Assembly: GCA_964016885.1 (NCBI GenBank) | Contig: OZ024741.1 | Location: 10,230,001-10,294,000, forward strand | Reading direction: 5' to 3' | Origin: Eledone cirrhosa | Taxonomy: Eukaryota | DNA: 64,000 nucleotides | Program-made: the position numbers and the translations under genes | Notes under the pieces: generated by a model | The model's input: only the letters and a program-made list of their open reading frames with translations | Database searches by the model: none | What the model was told of the DNA's origin: nothing | In this document: positions 43,900-56,679 of the stretch, piece by piece | Layout of the letters: every line of letters begins with the position of its first letter | Numbering within the stretch: the stretch's first letter is position 1

Positions 43900-46003
43900 A
43901 TCATCATCACCGTTTTACGTCCGTTCTTCCACGCTAGCATGGGTTAGACGGGTTGTCCTGTTGTGGGCAGTGTCTGGTCGGCTGACCATGCCTTGCTCAT
44001 ACAGGAACTGATCTGGCTTGATTTCTACAGCTGGATGCCCTTCCTAACACCAACCTCATTTACAGTGAGTGCTGGGTGCTTTTTCGTGGCGCCTACACGT
44101 CCACTTTACAGTGTGGGCTGGGTGCTTTTTTGCCGTGGCACCTCCACGACCACCTTGTGGTGGGAAGTGTGGGAGCATATTGTCTATATGCTTCAGCTTG
44201 TACCCATGGGAGGTCGGGTACCCTGTATTACTGCGTGACGCCAGAAGTCACGGTCGTGTGTCATTGTCTTTTAGAGGTGTAATTGGGTAAGGTCGGCTTT
44301 TATCACCTCATCCCAGGTCATCTTGGGTCTCCCCACTCCGCGGTTTCCATCAACTTCTAGTGCTCTGCACCTTTTTATGCAGCTGTCATCCTTCATACGC
44401 ATCACGTGTCCATACCAGCGCAACCGCCTCTCCTGCACACAGCATTTGATTCCTCTTATGCTCAGTCTCTCTCTCAATTCATTTATGCTTTGTCGTTCAC
44501 GTATATTACTGTTACACATCCATCGGAGCATGCAGGCTTCGTTTTTCTCTAATCTATGTAAGTCTTCCACCTTCAGCGCCCATGTCTCACTACCATGCAA
44601 CATCGCTGTTCGGATACACGCATCATACAGTCTGCCTTTCATTCAGAGGGAGAAGCCTTTTGCAGCTAGCAGTGGTAGTAGTTCCCTAAATTTCTTCCAT
44701 CCCGTTCTTACCCTAGTTATTGTACTTTCTGAACACCCACCTCCGTTGCTAATTCGGTCACCTAGGTAGCAGAAGCTGTCTACTGTTTCTACAGGGCCCT
44801 CCCAGAGATTGGTGGTACTTGTTTCCTGTGGCTGTTTGCTGCTTGCTGTCTCAGCATAGCTGCTGCATGTAAATCCTACATTCTTAATTAAGCTTCCTGA
44901 GATCCCGCTACATCTCTTGTGTACCCATTGTTTGCATTTGGGGCAGAGAATGGAGTTCCTACCTACACCTTTCCTACATACTGAGCAAGGCCATTTCCCT
45001 GAGGGGATCTGGGTTCTGTTTTCTCGTCTACTTACAAGGACCTTAGTCTTTGTCATGTTGACTTTGAGACCCTTTCTTTCTAGTCCCTGCTTCCAAGTTT
45101 GGAATTTCTTCTCTAGTTCTACCATAGATTCAGCTATGAGTGCGAGGTCATCAGCATACAGGAGTTCCCATGGGCATCCGGTCTTAAACTCCTCCGTTAT
45201 TGCCTGCAGGACTATGATGAACAGGAGAGGGCTAAGAACAGAGCCCTGGTGGACCCAAACCTGTACGCTAAATTCCTTGCTATACTCATTGCTAATCCTA
45301 ACTTTGCTGACTGCGCCCCTATACATGGCTTGTACCGCTTTCACAAGCCATTCATCTACTCCTAGTTTTCTAAGAGCCCACCAGATTACAGCACGTGGAA
45401 CTATGTCAAAGGCTTTCTCAAGGTCGACAAATGCCAAGTAGAGTGGCTTACTTTTAGCTAGGTACTTTTCCTGTAATTGCCTCTCCCTGGTACAAACCCA
45501 AATTGCATCTCGTCTATTTTCACCCGGTCCCTAATCAGCTGTGCTATAACTCTTTCTGTTACTTTCATGACCTGGTCCATCAACTTTATACCTCTATAGT
45601 TTCCTCTATCTAGTGCATCGCCTTTACCTTTGTAGCAGTTGACAATGATGCTACTGCACCAATCTTTTGGTATGGCACCTTCTAGTATTACCTGGATAAC
45701 GATACGTGTGGTTATAGTGTGACCTATAGACCCAGATGCCTTCAGCATCTCGGCAGCTATACCCGATGGACCGGTTGCCTTCCCCATCTTCATATCTTTG
45801 ATTGCCTTACTTACTACGCTGCTGTTGACTTGTACTGCTGGTCCCTCTATAGGGTCTACTTGGGGTAGGGTCTCTTCTTCCCATGCATTCTCCTCATTTA
45901 GTAATCTATCATAATGACTCTTCCATGCATCTTTCTTCTCAGCACTTGTGAGGGCAAGCTCACCTTTATCATTCCGGATACACTTCTCTCCAAAGACATC
46001 ATA
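43900..46003 (-). mobile_element. 5'-truncated RTE-clade LINE (RT with embedded PHD-like finger), disrupted
   Basis: KATGPSG, YKGKGDALDRGNYRGIKL, QFGFVPG, FVDLEKAFD, HQGSVLSP, YADD, CSVC...C..C..WVHKRC, FCYLG, RLRWYGHVMR, GRPKMTW. 3' (GAT)n tail at ~43900. Confidence 0.92.
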
Positions 46004-46007
46004 ACTA

Positions 46008-46117
<110 letters not shown>

Positions 46118-46450
46118 GGTTCTTTGTTGTTTGTTTCGTATATTGTGTTTAGTGTAATTTGTTTGTTATTTAAGGGAAGCGGAAACGGTGTAATAGATCA
46201 AAGTTGTAACGGATGACTTCAACCAGAAGTGTAAAACATTAAAGTCAGCCAACACTACTGAAGAATTAGTTGAACAAATATATAGGAAACCATCGTTAGG
46301 ATGCTAGTCAATATTTCTCTTTACCTCTGTCTGTCTGTCTCTATGTATGGATGTATGCATGTATGTATCTATGTATAGATGGATGGATATATGTATGTGT
46401 GTATGTATGTGTGTATGTATGTATATATGTATGTATGTATATATGTATGT

Positions 46451-47036
46451 GGTAACATGTATCCCAGTACAACCTGTCCCATGGTCGGGTCGTTGGCGAC
46501 TAAACTGGCAACCCCACCAAGGTTTCTTGGTGAGGAGGGTGACTTTGGACATCCTGCAGGACTAAAAACAAAACCTGTCAAAGGGCAAAGGAGCTCTTAA
46601 GAGTCAATGGCAATCCAAAATCACCGGGAGAGATGACCCCTTAGCCTTTGTCTAGGCAGAATTCTAGGAGAAGGAAAACTCTGATATAACACCTGCAACC
46701 CTGATGGTATCCAATGATGTTGACTTGTTCTTCTTTTTGGTAAATATCATCTTGGTTAAGAGAGTGGGACTGGCTTTGTGCAATGCCTTTGCTCACTATA
46801 AAAGCTTCACGGCACAGGCATTGCTTTATATCTGGAGATCTCTCTGCACTTGTCATCACGTGGTACCATGGGCCCAGCACTATGTGTCAATAATTGTCAC
46901 AAGTATAGTGTTTGTACCAGAGTTTTCAAGTCGCTGGCTGGACTAAAAAGTCACACTCGTTCAGCGCATCGGTAGGGGTTCTCCTACATGGATATAAAGT
47001 AGTGGCCGTACTCGAAAACGAGTTGGCAGCCACCAT
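46451..47036 (+). mobile_element. Full-length (~585 bp) RTE-derived bipartite non-autonomous retroposon (family A)
   Basis: Same ends (GGTAACATG...GGCAGCCACCAT) as the inverted copy at 56011-56592. RTE 5'UTR-like motif plus C-terminal zinc-finger remnant. Confidence 0.82.
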
Positions 47037-47051
47037 TTAAGCATATATACT

Positions 47052-47200
47052 TCAGAAGATCCCGTTAAGGGTGAAAGCAGCGATTCTTTTCTTAAACTTT
47101 AATCTGTTATTTTGATAAATATTTGGTGTATATATTTTTATATATATATTATCCTTATCGAGCCCTCTTCGGATTTTAGTCTTCACATTTATTATTATTA
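47052..47200 (+). mobile_element. Solo PLE pLTR 3' fragment with hammerhead-like motif
   Basis: Reverse complement of ~40101-40280; ends in (ATT)n then (TA)n. Confidence 0.8.
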
Positions 47201-47258
47201 CTATATATATATATATATATATATATTGCCTCTCTGTTTTGTTCCCGTTCAATTTTTC

Positions 47259-47306
<48 letters not shown>

Positions 47307-47309
<3 letters not shown>

Positions 47310-47400
47310 GAGGTGCGTTCAAAAAGTATCCTACTTTACTTTTTCCCGTCAAAAGTAATGCACCATGGGCAAAATACTTTGGGTGGGAGGTAAGGCACAC
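47307..47400 (+). mobile_element. Possible mariner/Tc1 terminal fragment
   Basis: TA followed by CGAGGTGCGTTCAAAAAGT resembles mariner TIR starts. No partner TIR was found. Confidence 0.35.
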
Positions 47401-47537
47401 ATGAAAATGATTGCGTTGACGGGCTGCGGATATGTATAGAGAGGGGAGGGGAGAGACAGACAAATAGATAGATGACTAATTAGGATATATTGTATATAAT
47501 ATTGTATATTCTACATCATATTCAGCACACACATATG

Positions 47538-47591
<54 letters not shown>

Positions 47592-48117
47592 TGCGTGTGT
47601 GTATGTCTGTGTGTTCATGAGTTTGTGTGTATATGTGTGTGTATTCTGACTGGCCAAGATAATATAGAGAATGAACACGAAAGAAATGGAGCATCGGTAT
47701 AAATATTTATAAACGGTTAAACGACCATGTTTTGCTCGTTTAAACAAAACACCTTTATCCCCTGTGTCAATAAAATTGTCATAAATCTGTCATGTTAGTT
47801 ATTAATTTCACGCTTGACTGCTCACCATCAAATGTATATATTCTTGTGTATTTATTTTATGACCAGACAACATATTTTTTCCTAGCTCAATTTTGCAAGG
47901 AAAAAACTATTTTCGATTGATCAAAGCTGGTTTGAGTATAATTTGTCTGCTGATGAGAATCAACAAGAAAGAAACATTTCCGCAGCTATCCCTTTTATTA
48001 AAAAAGGAAAAGGATTTTAATATCACTCAGTGGACACAAATATACAGGTATTGCTCACAAAATACATATATTCTTGAGTGGTTTGGACCTCCAATGGCGT
48101 ATGCTTGAACAACATCA

Positions 48118-48375
48118 CAGCCTGTTCGTGAATTGAAATGTGGATGGCTGAAGTGTGGATGGCTGAATATTCCACAGACACGTGTACTCTTAATGCAGTT
48201 CTCGTGGAACCTCAGAATGACACAGTATATGATAAGATTGTTTCTTTGAATTACAGGTACATGTCATTCTTGTTCTCTGTTTGGACTGGGGTAACGTGAA
48301 ATAAAATGTCTTGTTCAAGGACACAATGCACTAGGAATCGAACTCACGACCTTACGATCGAGCGCCCCGCATCAT
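48118..48375 (-). mobile_element. tRNA-derived SINE (second family)
   Basis: Minus strand GGTCGTGAGTTCGATTCCT (B-box) followed by a GTGTCCTTGAACAAGACA core-like segment. Confidence 0.6.
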
Positions 48376-48944
48376 AACTCCCAATCAGGGTGGGATTTAA
48401 TGAGGGGGAAAGGGGGAAATTGCCCCGGCCCCTTGCAGTGGGGCTGCTGTGTATTCTTTTTTGTGTGTGTCTGAGGGACCCCCGAATCTTAAGTTCCCTG
48501 GGCCCTCTAAGGTCTAAATCCAATCCTGCTCCCAAGCCACAAGGCTTTACACTCGTTTGTGTTTGCTTTCTTGTCTTTATAGAAATCTAGAGCGACATAG
48601 TCTAATGTATCCTTCCTTTGTTTTAAGATTGTAGGTGTGATTTGAAGAAACTTGACTGTTATTTTTAGAAAGTTTATTGACCGTGTAGCGACACCCACTC
48701 TCGTGTCTCGAATAATCGTTCTCACTCTGTTTATCAATTTTTCAGATACTCCCCCACCCACCCACTCTTATTCTAACCCCCCCCCCCCCTTCCCCTATTG
48801 TTTATTAAATGTAGCTAATCTATTTCGCTAATCTCTGCCGAAATTTTATTTTAAGTGGTTGCATTCCTGCGACAATTAATTTTCTTTAGACACTAAAAAA
48901 GATTGTACTGCACACGATAAAAAAGTACATTACTAGAAATCCCA

Positions 48945-49476
48945 TCTATCTATATAAAACTCTTGTTGTCTGTGTGTGTGTGTGTGTGTGTGTGTCCTCA
49001 TTTTTGCAAAGTCTATACAAATCCACATTTCTACTCCGATTGACTGCAAACTTGCATTTATATATTCCTTGCAGTCTAAAGATACTAACTGCAGCTTTTA
49101 TTTTTCAATTTTCTGTTGTTAAAGGGGTGTTAGGCGCCGGTTATCGATCTCCGCAGCGCTCTTATAATATCTGTCTGCATGCCTGGATGTCTGCATTACG
49201 ATATTCTGACGAACATTGATGACGTATTATGTTCGCTATTATCCGTTCATTGCCAGGGAACGTCTTCACGAACCAAAGTATCGTCTTCCTGTTTTCCTTC
49301 GGTTGCAACGTTTTTCAAAATATTTACTTCTGCGTTCACAGATTGATTTTTTTAGTTTCAGAAGATCCTGTTAGGGGTGAAAGCAACGATTCTTTGCTTA
49401 AACTTTAATCTGTTATTTTAATCTATATATGTATATATATATAAAACTGAGGAAGGAAGGGCGTGTGTGTGTGTGT

Positions 49477-49548
<72 letters not shown>

Positions 49549-49994
49549 AACCCGAGAAGTACCCAATCGATTTTTTTCAAATTTTACATGTGTATTACTT
49601 ATGTTTCAGTGAGTGTTATGCACATCACATAAAAAAATTAAACTTTTTGATCCCCTAGGGCCGGCATTAGGTGAAAAACTTCATTTTTTCAGCTTTTTAG
49701 GGCTTTTTTGAGGCGTTACGTCTTACCGATTTTCCCGAAATTTCAAGGTATATTATGCACATAAAAAAATTTCATTTTCTTGATCCCCTAGGGCCAGCAT
49801 TAGAGCCAGCATTAGCTGAACACCTGCATTTTTCCTGCTTCATCGAGGAAAATCTTAAAGATTATCCAGCCATCAGAGTATTCGGTTTATTTTCTTTACA
49901 TATTGTCCAGGCATGTAATTTTTCCACGATAGGTCTTTTGGCTGCTCGCATTTCAAAATACCTTATCCCGTGCAACGCCGGGTACCACTGCTAG
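48945..49994 (+). mobile_element. Non-autonomous Helitron (composite, two 5' ends)
   Basis: TC(TA)nAAACT starts at ~48945 and ~49422, each followed by (GT)n. 3' hairpin CCCGTGCAACGCCGGG (49967-49982), then CTAG|T at 49991-49995. Confidence 0.7.
49215..49421 (+). mobile_element. PLE pLTR fragment with hammerhead-like motif, inside the Helitron
   Basis: Homologous (reverse complement) to parts of 40210-40560; AGTTTCAGAAGATCCTGTTAGGGGTGAAAGCAACGATTCTTTGCTTAAACT. Confidence 0.75.
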
Positions 49995-50659
49995 TATGTT
50001 ATAAAATAAATAGGATCGGTTGGGGTCTCAATATGTAAACTAAACGCCTAATTCTGGTTTTAAAAAAATCAACGGAGACAACCTAGAAAAATTACCCATT
50101 TCCAGTCCTTCCTCTTATTCCACGTACTCCGCTTATCCCCCACCCTTATATTTTGGGACCCAAGAGTAATTTTAAACAGCAGACGTGAATATATACAAAT
50201 CTTCAACATGTTGAATGATTTTCGGAGAAGTTTTACGATTTTGACCTAAACACAACAATTACACTACACAGAAACCTGCCCAATTTTACAGATCAAAGTC
50301 AGCTTGACACAAGTAATTGGAAATGGTTTTACATACAGGTATTAAATTCTAAAGAGCTAACCATCCTAAAAGTAAAAAGCCCAGCAAAGGGCACAAATAA
50401 ATTGTTATGGCTGTCGCTGGTGCCAGCCACGACTGCCGGGGGCACAGCGCAATTTTTCCATTTCTACCCCATTAAATCCGGCCATGACTTGACCAGTTAA
50501 TAGTAGCAGTTATATTACATCAACCTAACATATCGTCTTTAAAGAAACGAAGACATAAAACATAGAAATATATAAACTTAGTAAGGATGGCCATGGATAG
50601 AATGTCTAGAGTCATGTTACTGTACCAGTGCAGTAGATATGAGACTTAATGACAACTAC

Positions 50660-52318
50660 AGTGTATGCGTGTGTGTGTGTGTGTTTGCTTGTGTGGAGAC
50701 GTGGTGAGAAGTGTGTGTGTGTGTGTGTGTGTAGACGTGGTGAGAAGTGTGTGTGTGTGTGTGTGTGTAAGTAGTGTATGTGTGTATGGAGACGTAGTAA
50801 GAGTGTGTGTGTTTCTATGTGTGTGTATATGTGGACTTTGTGAGATTAGTGAGTGTGAGTATGTGTGTGCATGTGCATGTGTAAGTGTGTGCTTCAGTGC
50901 ATGTGTGTGTGCATGTATCTATGTGTATGTGGGTGTGTCTTCGTTAATGTGTGTGTTTATGAATGTGTAGATGTGGTAAGATGTGTCGGTGTGGGGGTGT
51001 GTGCTCATGAGGTATGGTTGTGTCTGTGTGTATGTGTGCGTGCATGTGTGTGTGTACGTGTGTGTGTCCTATGTCTGTGTGTATATGTGTGCGTGCATGT
51101 GTGGGCCTGTGTGCGTGCATATGTGTGGGCATGTGTATGTGCTTGTGTGTGACCATGTGTGACCATGTGTGTGTGTGTGACCATGTGTGTGTCTGACCAT
51201 GTGTGTGTTTGTGACCATGTTGTGTGTGTGACCATGTGTGTGTACATATCGATGTGTGAATGTTGTGAGATTAGTGTGTGTGAGTGTATGTGTGTAGAAC
51301 TCTATATGTAAGGGTGTAGATATTTGTGTATATAACAATAGCACTAAAGAAACATCTTCTCAGGCGTGTATATGTATATATATGTTATGTGTGTATATGT
51401 TTGTATGTTTATATGGACGTTTATATGTATGTATGTTTATATGTATATATATATATATGTGTGTATGTATATATGTATGGATATATGAATGGATATATGT
51501 ATATATGTGCGTATGTATATATGTGCGTATGTATGTGCGAATGTATGTATTTATGTACGTATGTATGTATACATGTATGTATATATGTATGCATATATGA
51601 ATGGATATATGTATATATGTGCACATGTATATATGTGCGTATGTATGTGCGAATGTATGTATTTATGTACGTATGTATGTATACATGTATGTATATATGT
51701 ATGCATATATGAATGGATATATGTATATATGTGCACATGTATGTATGTGCGTATGTATGTGCGAATGTATGTATTTATGTACGTATGTATGTATACATGT
51801 ATGTATATATGCATATATGTATATATATGCGTATGTATATATACATGTATATATGAGAGTATGTAATTATGTATTTGCGTATTTATGTATGTAAGTGTGT
51901 AAATGCATGTATGTATATATATATATGTGTGTGTGTATGAGTGAATGTATTGTATGTATACATCTATTGTATATACAGTATGTGTTTGTATGCATATATA
52001 TACGTGGGTAAATATGAGTGGGTGTGTTGTTTCTGAATAGTTTTGAGCACCCAGGTGTGCATGCAGGTGTATATATACACATACACACATACATGCATAC
52101 ATACACACATACATACTTATATACACACATACATACTTATATACATATATACATACACACACATACATATATACATACATACACATACACATACATACAA
52201 ACATACGTACATGCGTATGTATGAATGTATATATCTACATACACATACGTGTGTGTAAGTATATATGTATATATGTATGTATATATGTATGCATGCATGT
52301 ATACATCTCTGTATGTAA

Positions 52319-52386
<68 letters not shown>

Positions 52387-52400
52387 GTTTGTATATATAT
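50660..52400. repeat. Degenerate (GT)n/(GTAT)n/(CATA)n/(TA)n field, including a 112-bp tandem triplication
   Basis: GAATGGATATATG recurs at 51487, 51599 and 51711. Confidence 0.9.
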
Positions 52401-53355
52401 CTATGTGAAAATATACGTTTCTACAGATACGCGGGTAATTGGAGCTATTTGAAAAGACCGCTGCAGCGTGGCGATGGGGTGTATATACACCTGTTTATGT
52501 GTAGGTGTGTGTATATATCCTTAATTGGTGCCGTATAAAGAATAACCCCTTAGAAGCTTTTCTGAATATATACACACCGGCGTTTTTGTATATATTTTCC
52601 ACGGTAGATCTTTTAAGGGAATTACACTCTAAGCCTGTTTCTATACACTTATATACAGACATTTATATATATATATATATATGTATATGTGCGTGTGAAC
52701 AATTACACAACGTCGTATTAGTTTCACGTTTGTGGGAAAAAGTAAAAAGGAATGACTAAACGTATCGTAGTTAGTCCTTCATCGAGAGAGAGTGAAGTAA
52801 GGAAAGTGTGGTGGCAGAAGTAAGATTGGGGAAATACATTTACATACATCAACACATATATCCATACATTTTCTAATATAAATGATGCTGTGAATAATTA
52901 ATTATCTGTTATTAAATTAATTACATCATAGATGAATGTACATTATGCAAATTAGATTAGCCGATTCATGAATGATGTGTTTTGTGTTTGGTATAAATCT
53001 CTTCGTATGCAGAAAGATAAGTGTAAATATCTTCTGTTGAGCTGCCAACCATATGTGAAACATGTAAGGAGAATTGCTGTTGGTCTGTGTACGAACAAAA
53101 TAACAGAAAAATAATGAATTCGACCGAATGAACAATTAGGCTGTAATGTTGATGGGAGAGTCCATCGTATAGGTGTGTAAGAAGTTGATAGGTAGATAGT
53201 AACTTAGTTAGATAGATTTATGATATATATATATGTATATCTTTCTACCCAAATAACTATAAATCTAATTAACTTACTATATATATATTTGCAAAAGGTA
53301 AACAGAGATAACAACACAATCGGTACAGTAAATGGAAGGAATACATATATATGTA

Positions 53356-53406
<51 letters not shown>

Positions 53407-53479
53407 ATATACAGAGAGAGAGAGAAGAAAGAGAGTGTGTACAAAAGACAAAAAGGAGACTGAAAGTTAGACAGGGACT

Positions 53480-54860
53480 TGCCTATGGCCAGCAATACCA
53501 GGCATCGCAAAATATGTCACATATCAAGCGATGCCTGTGCTTGAAGGTTTTCTAAGTGAGGAAAGGCTTTGCACGGAGCCAATCCCACTCTCTGAACATC
53601 AAATGCATTTTCCCCAAAAGAATAACTGGTCTATCATTGGATGCAAACTAAGTCGCAGGTTTTATATCAAAGCGACCTTATCCTAGAGAGATATTTTAAT
53701 GAAGACTAGGAGTCATTCCTCAAAAACATACTTTATTGGATGGCCGTTAACTCTCCGCTCTTTGACGGTTTGAATGTTCATCCCGCAGGGTGTCCAAAAT
53801 CACCCTCCTCACGAAGCAAGGGATTGCCGGGTTAGATACATACATACATATATACATACATGCATACAAACACACATACACACATACATACATACATACA
53901 TACATACGGACCATTGATGAGGAGTTTACAAATCTAGTATCCAAGATACACCTTTAGCTTCATACCCATCATTATTGGAGCTACGGGTTATATACCAACC
54001 CGCTTGGACCAATGTATAACTGAACTTGGATTTGCAGACAAAGAGCGCAGCTCCCTAATTCATAGTCTACAAATGGCTGCGATAGCTGGCACCTTCAAAA
54101 TTTGCAAAACATTCTTGCGATTCAAGGGATGATAATTTCTTTTCTTTTATAACCTTGCCACCAGGAAGGTGGCCGGTCAAAGATATACTCGAAATTAAGA
54201 GAAAGAAAGAACATACATACACGATGGCTGCCCCCTCGTTATCGAGTATGGCCATTGCACGATTTACCATTATTAATAATTATTAATTAATTCTATCGTG
54301 CAATGCCTGTGCTTGAAGATTTTTTTTAAAGTGAGGAAAGACTGTGCACCGAGCCAATCCCACTCTCTGAACGACAGTAGCTATAACCCGAAAAGAAGAA
54401 AAGATCAACATCATCGGTAACTACTGAGCCGCAGGTTTTATATCGGCGTTATCCCAGTTTCCTGAGTTGCCTTCTCCTAGAAGAATGTCCCGACAAAGGC
54501 TAGGGTTCCTTCACTCCCAGTGGTTTAACCACGTGATTGGGTGTCCAGCCCGACTATTTCTATGTCCCCGCGCATATACATACACATTCACCCATGTATA
54601 TACACATATACATATACATACACATGCACACATGCATATACATATATACATATACACACATGTACATGTGTGTATACATATTTATATATTTTTGGATGGC
54701 CGTTGACTCTTATGAGTTCCTCCGCCCTTTGTCAGGTTTTGTTTTTTGTCCTGCAAGTAGTCCAAAATCACCCTCCTCACCAAGTAAACATGGTGGGGTT
54801 GCCGGTTTAGTCGCTGACGATCCGACCATGCGACATGTTGTACTGGGTTACATGTTACGT
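53480..54860 (-). mobile_element. Cluster of old, diverged family A-related pieces plus a family B 3' piece (53939-54180), split by microsatellites
   Basis: AGCCAATCCCACTCTCTGAAC at ~53577 and ~54352, TCCAAAATCACCCTCCTCAC at ~53794 and ~54761, and the head GTACTGGGTTACATGTTAC at ~54840-54858. Confidence 0.7.
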
Positions 54861-54920
54861 ACATACATACATAAATACATACACAGGTACATATATACAT
54901 ACATACACACATACATACAT

Positions 54921-55897
54921 ATAGATAAGGAAAATAGTCTATCTTGGACCAACAACCGCTATATTGGCTCCCATTTTGAAGGATACGCTTTTGCAATCCA
55001 AGAAAAAAAAATTAACACGAAATACCTGATTCACAAAAGACTTAGGGAACAGGCAAAACACCTAGATGTGATAACAAGTGCAGACTCTGCAGAACTAACA
55101 TAGAAGATGTCACCCATATCATCAGCAGCTGTCCAAAGATGTCATCGTGGTACTATCTACCTATGAGGCATGATGTAGTGGCCAAATACCTGTACGATGT
55201 AATCCGTAAAAAAGATAGCCCCGATAATAAACACATTAAAAGCTACAACAATGTGGAAGACATCCATGTACATAATATGAAAGAGTACTGGTGGAATGTT
55301 CCAGTAAAAACCCCAAAATGCAGGCATAACAGACCAGATATTATGATATGGGACAGGGAGAAGAAAACATGCACAGTAGTGGAAATTAGCTGCCCAGCAG
55401 ATGCCAATATAATATCAAAGATTATCGAAAAGGAGAATATTTATGCAGAACTGATGAGAAATCTGCAGATACTCCACCCTGATTACACCTTCAGATTTAG
55501 GCCTGTGATTATTGGGGCACTGGGGTATGTTAGTAACTGCCTCAATACAAATCTTGAGAAGCTAGGCTTCACAGGAACAGAAAGAACACAACTAGTTAGG
55601 AAATTACAAGTACAATCCATTAATGGAACAGTAAAAATATGTAAAACATTCCAGAAATTTTGCATCTAATAACTGAATATACACATGTACAGATACAAAA
55701 CATATACACATGCACACATACAACTCAAAACATCCACATCTACACATACAATAACATCCATATCTACACATGCATGCAGACATACATATCTACCTAGTTG
55801 ATGTTGAGTAAATTCCAATGAGAGAGTCTTGTGTCTATGTTAGAAACCGACTCTCTATTGGGAAACATTTGTGAAATTATAAAACCAGAAGAACATA
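54921..55897 (+). mobile_element. 5'-truncated copy of the R4/Dong-type RLE LINE
   Basis: Closely matches 59852-60840. ORF 55139..55669 has RHD and RPDIMIWD..VVEISCP. Flanked by (CATA)n. Confidence 0.92.
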
Positions 55898-56010
55898 AAT
55901 ACATACATAAATATATACATACATACACACATACATACACACATACATACATACATACATACATACATACATACATACATACATACATACATACATACAT
56001 ACATACATAC

Positions 56011-56592
56011 ATGGTGGCTGCCAACTCGTTTTCGAGTAAGGCCACTACTTTATATGTAGGAGAACCCCTACCGATGCGCTGAACGAGTGTGACTTTTTAG
56101 TCCAGCCAGCGACTTGAAAACTCTGGTACAAACACTACACTCGTGACAATTATTGACACATAGTGCTGGGCCCATGGTACCATGTGACAACAAGTGCAGA
56201 GAGATCTCCAGATATAAAGCAATGCCTGTGCCGTGAAGCTTTTATAGTGAGCAAAGGCACTGCACAAAGCCAGTCCCACTCTCTGAACCAAGATGATATT
56301 TACCAAAAAGAAGAACAAGTCAGCATCAATGGATACCATCAGGGTTGCAGGTGTTATATCAGAGTTTTCCTTCTCCTAGAATTCTGCCTTGACAAAGGCT
56401 AATGGGTCATCTCTCCCAGTGATTTTGGATGGCCATTGACTCTTAAGAGCTCCTTTGGCCTTCGACAGGTTTTGTTTTTAGTCCTGCAGGATGTCCAAAG
56501 TCACCCTCCTCACCAAGAAACCTTGGTGGGGTTGCCAGTTTAGTCGCCAAAGACCCGACCATGAGACAGGTTGTACTGGGATACATGTTACC
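56011..56592 (-). mobile_element. Full-length family A bipartite RTE-derived retroposon
   Basis: Inverted, highly similar copy of 46451-47036, with (CATA)n on both sides. Confidence 0.85.
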
Positions 56593-56679
56593 AGTAGCAT
56601 ACATACATACATACATACATACATACATACATACATACATACATACATACATACATACATACATACATACATACATACA

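Noticed and set aside
44643-44645. In-frame TGA in the RTE (and at 36051 in the Tx1) as possible selenocysteine
   Set aside because: Not at Cys-motif positions. The RTE site is normally Arg (SLR.KGRLY), consistent with ordinary nonsense mutation.
46465-46508. HDV-like ribozyme reading of the family A head (CCAGT/ACTGG, P4 hairpin, CTAA)
   Set aside because: There is no room for the P1 3' strand between P3 and the GG of P1.1.
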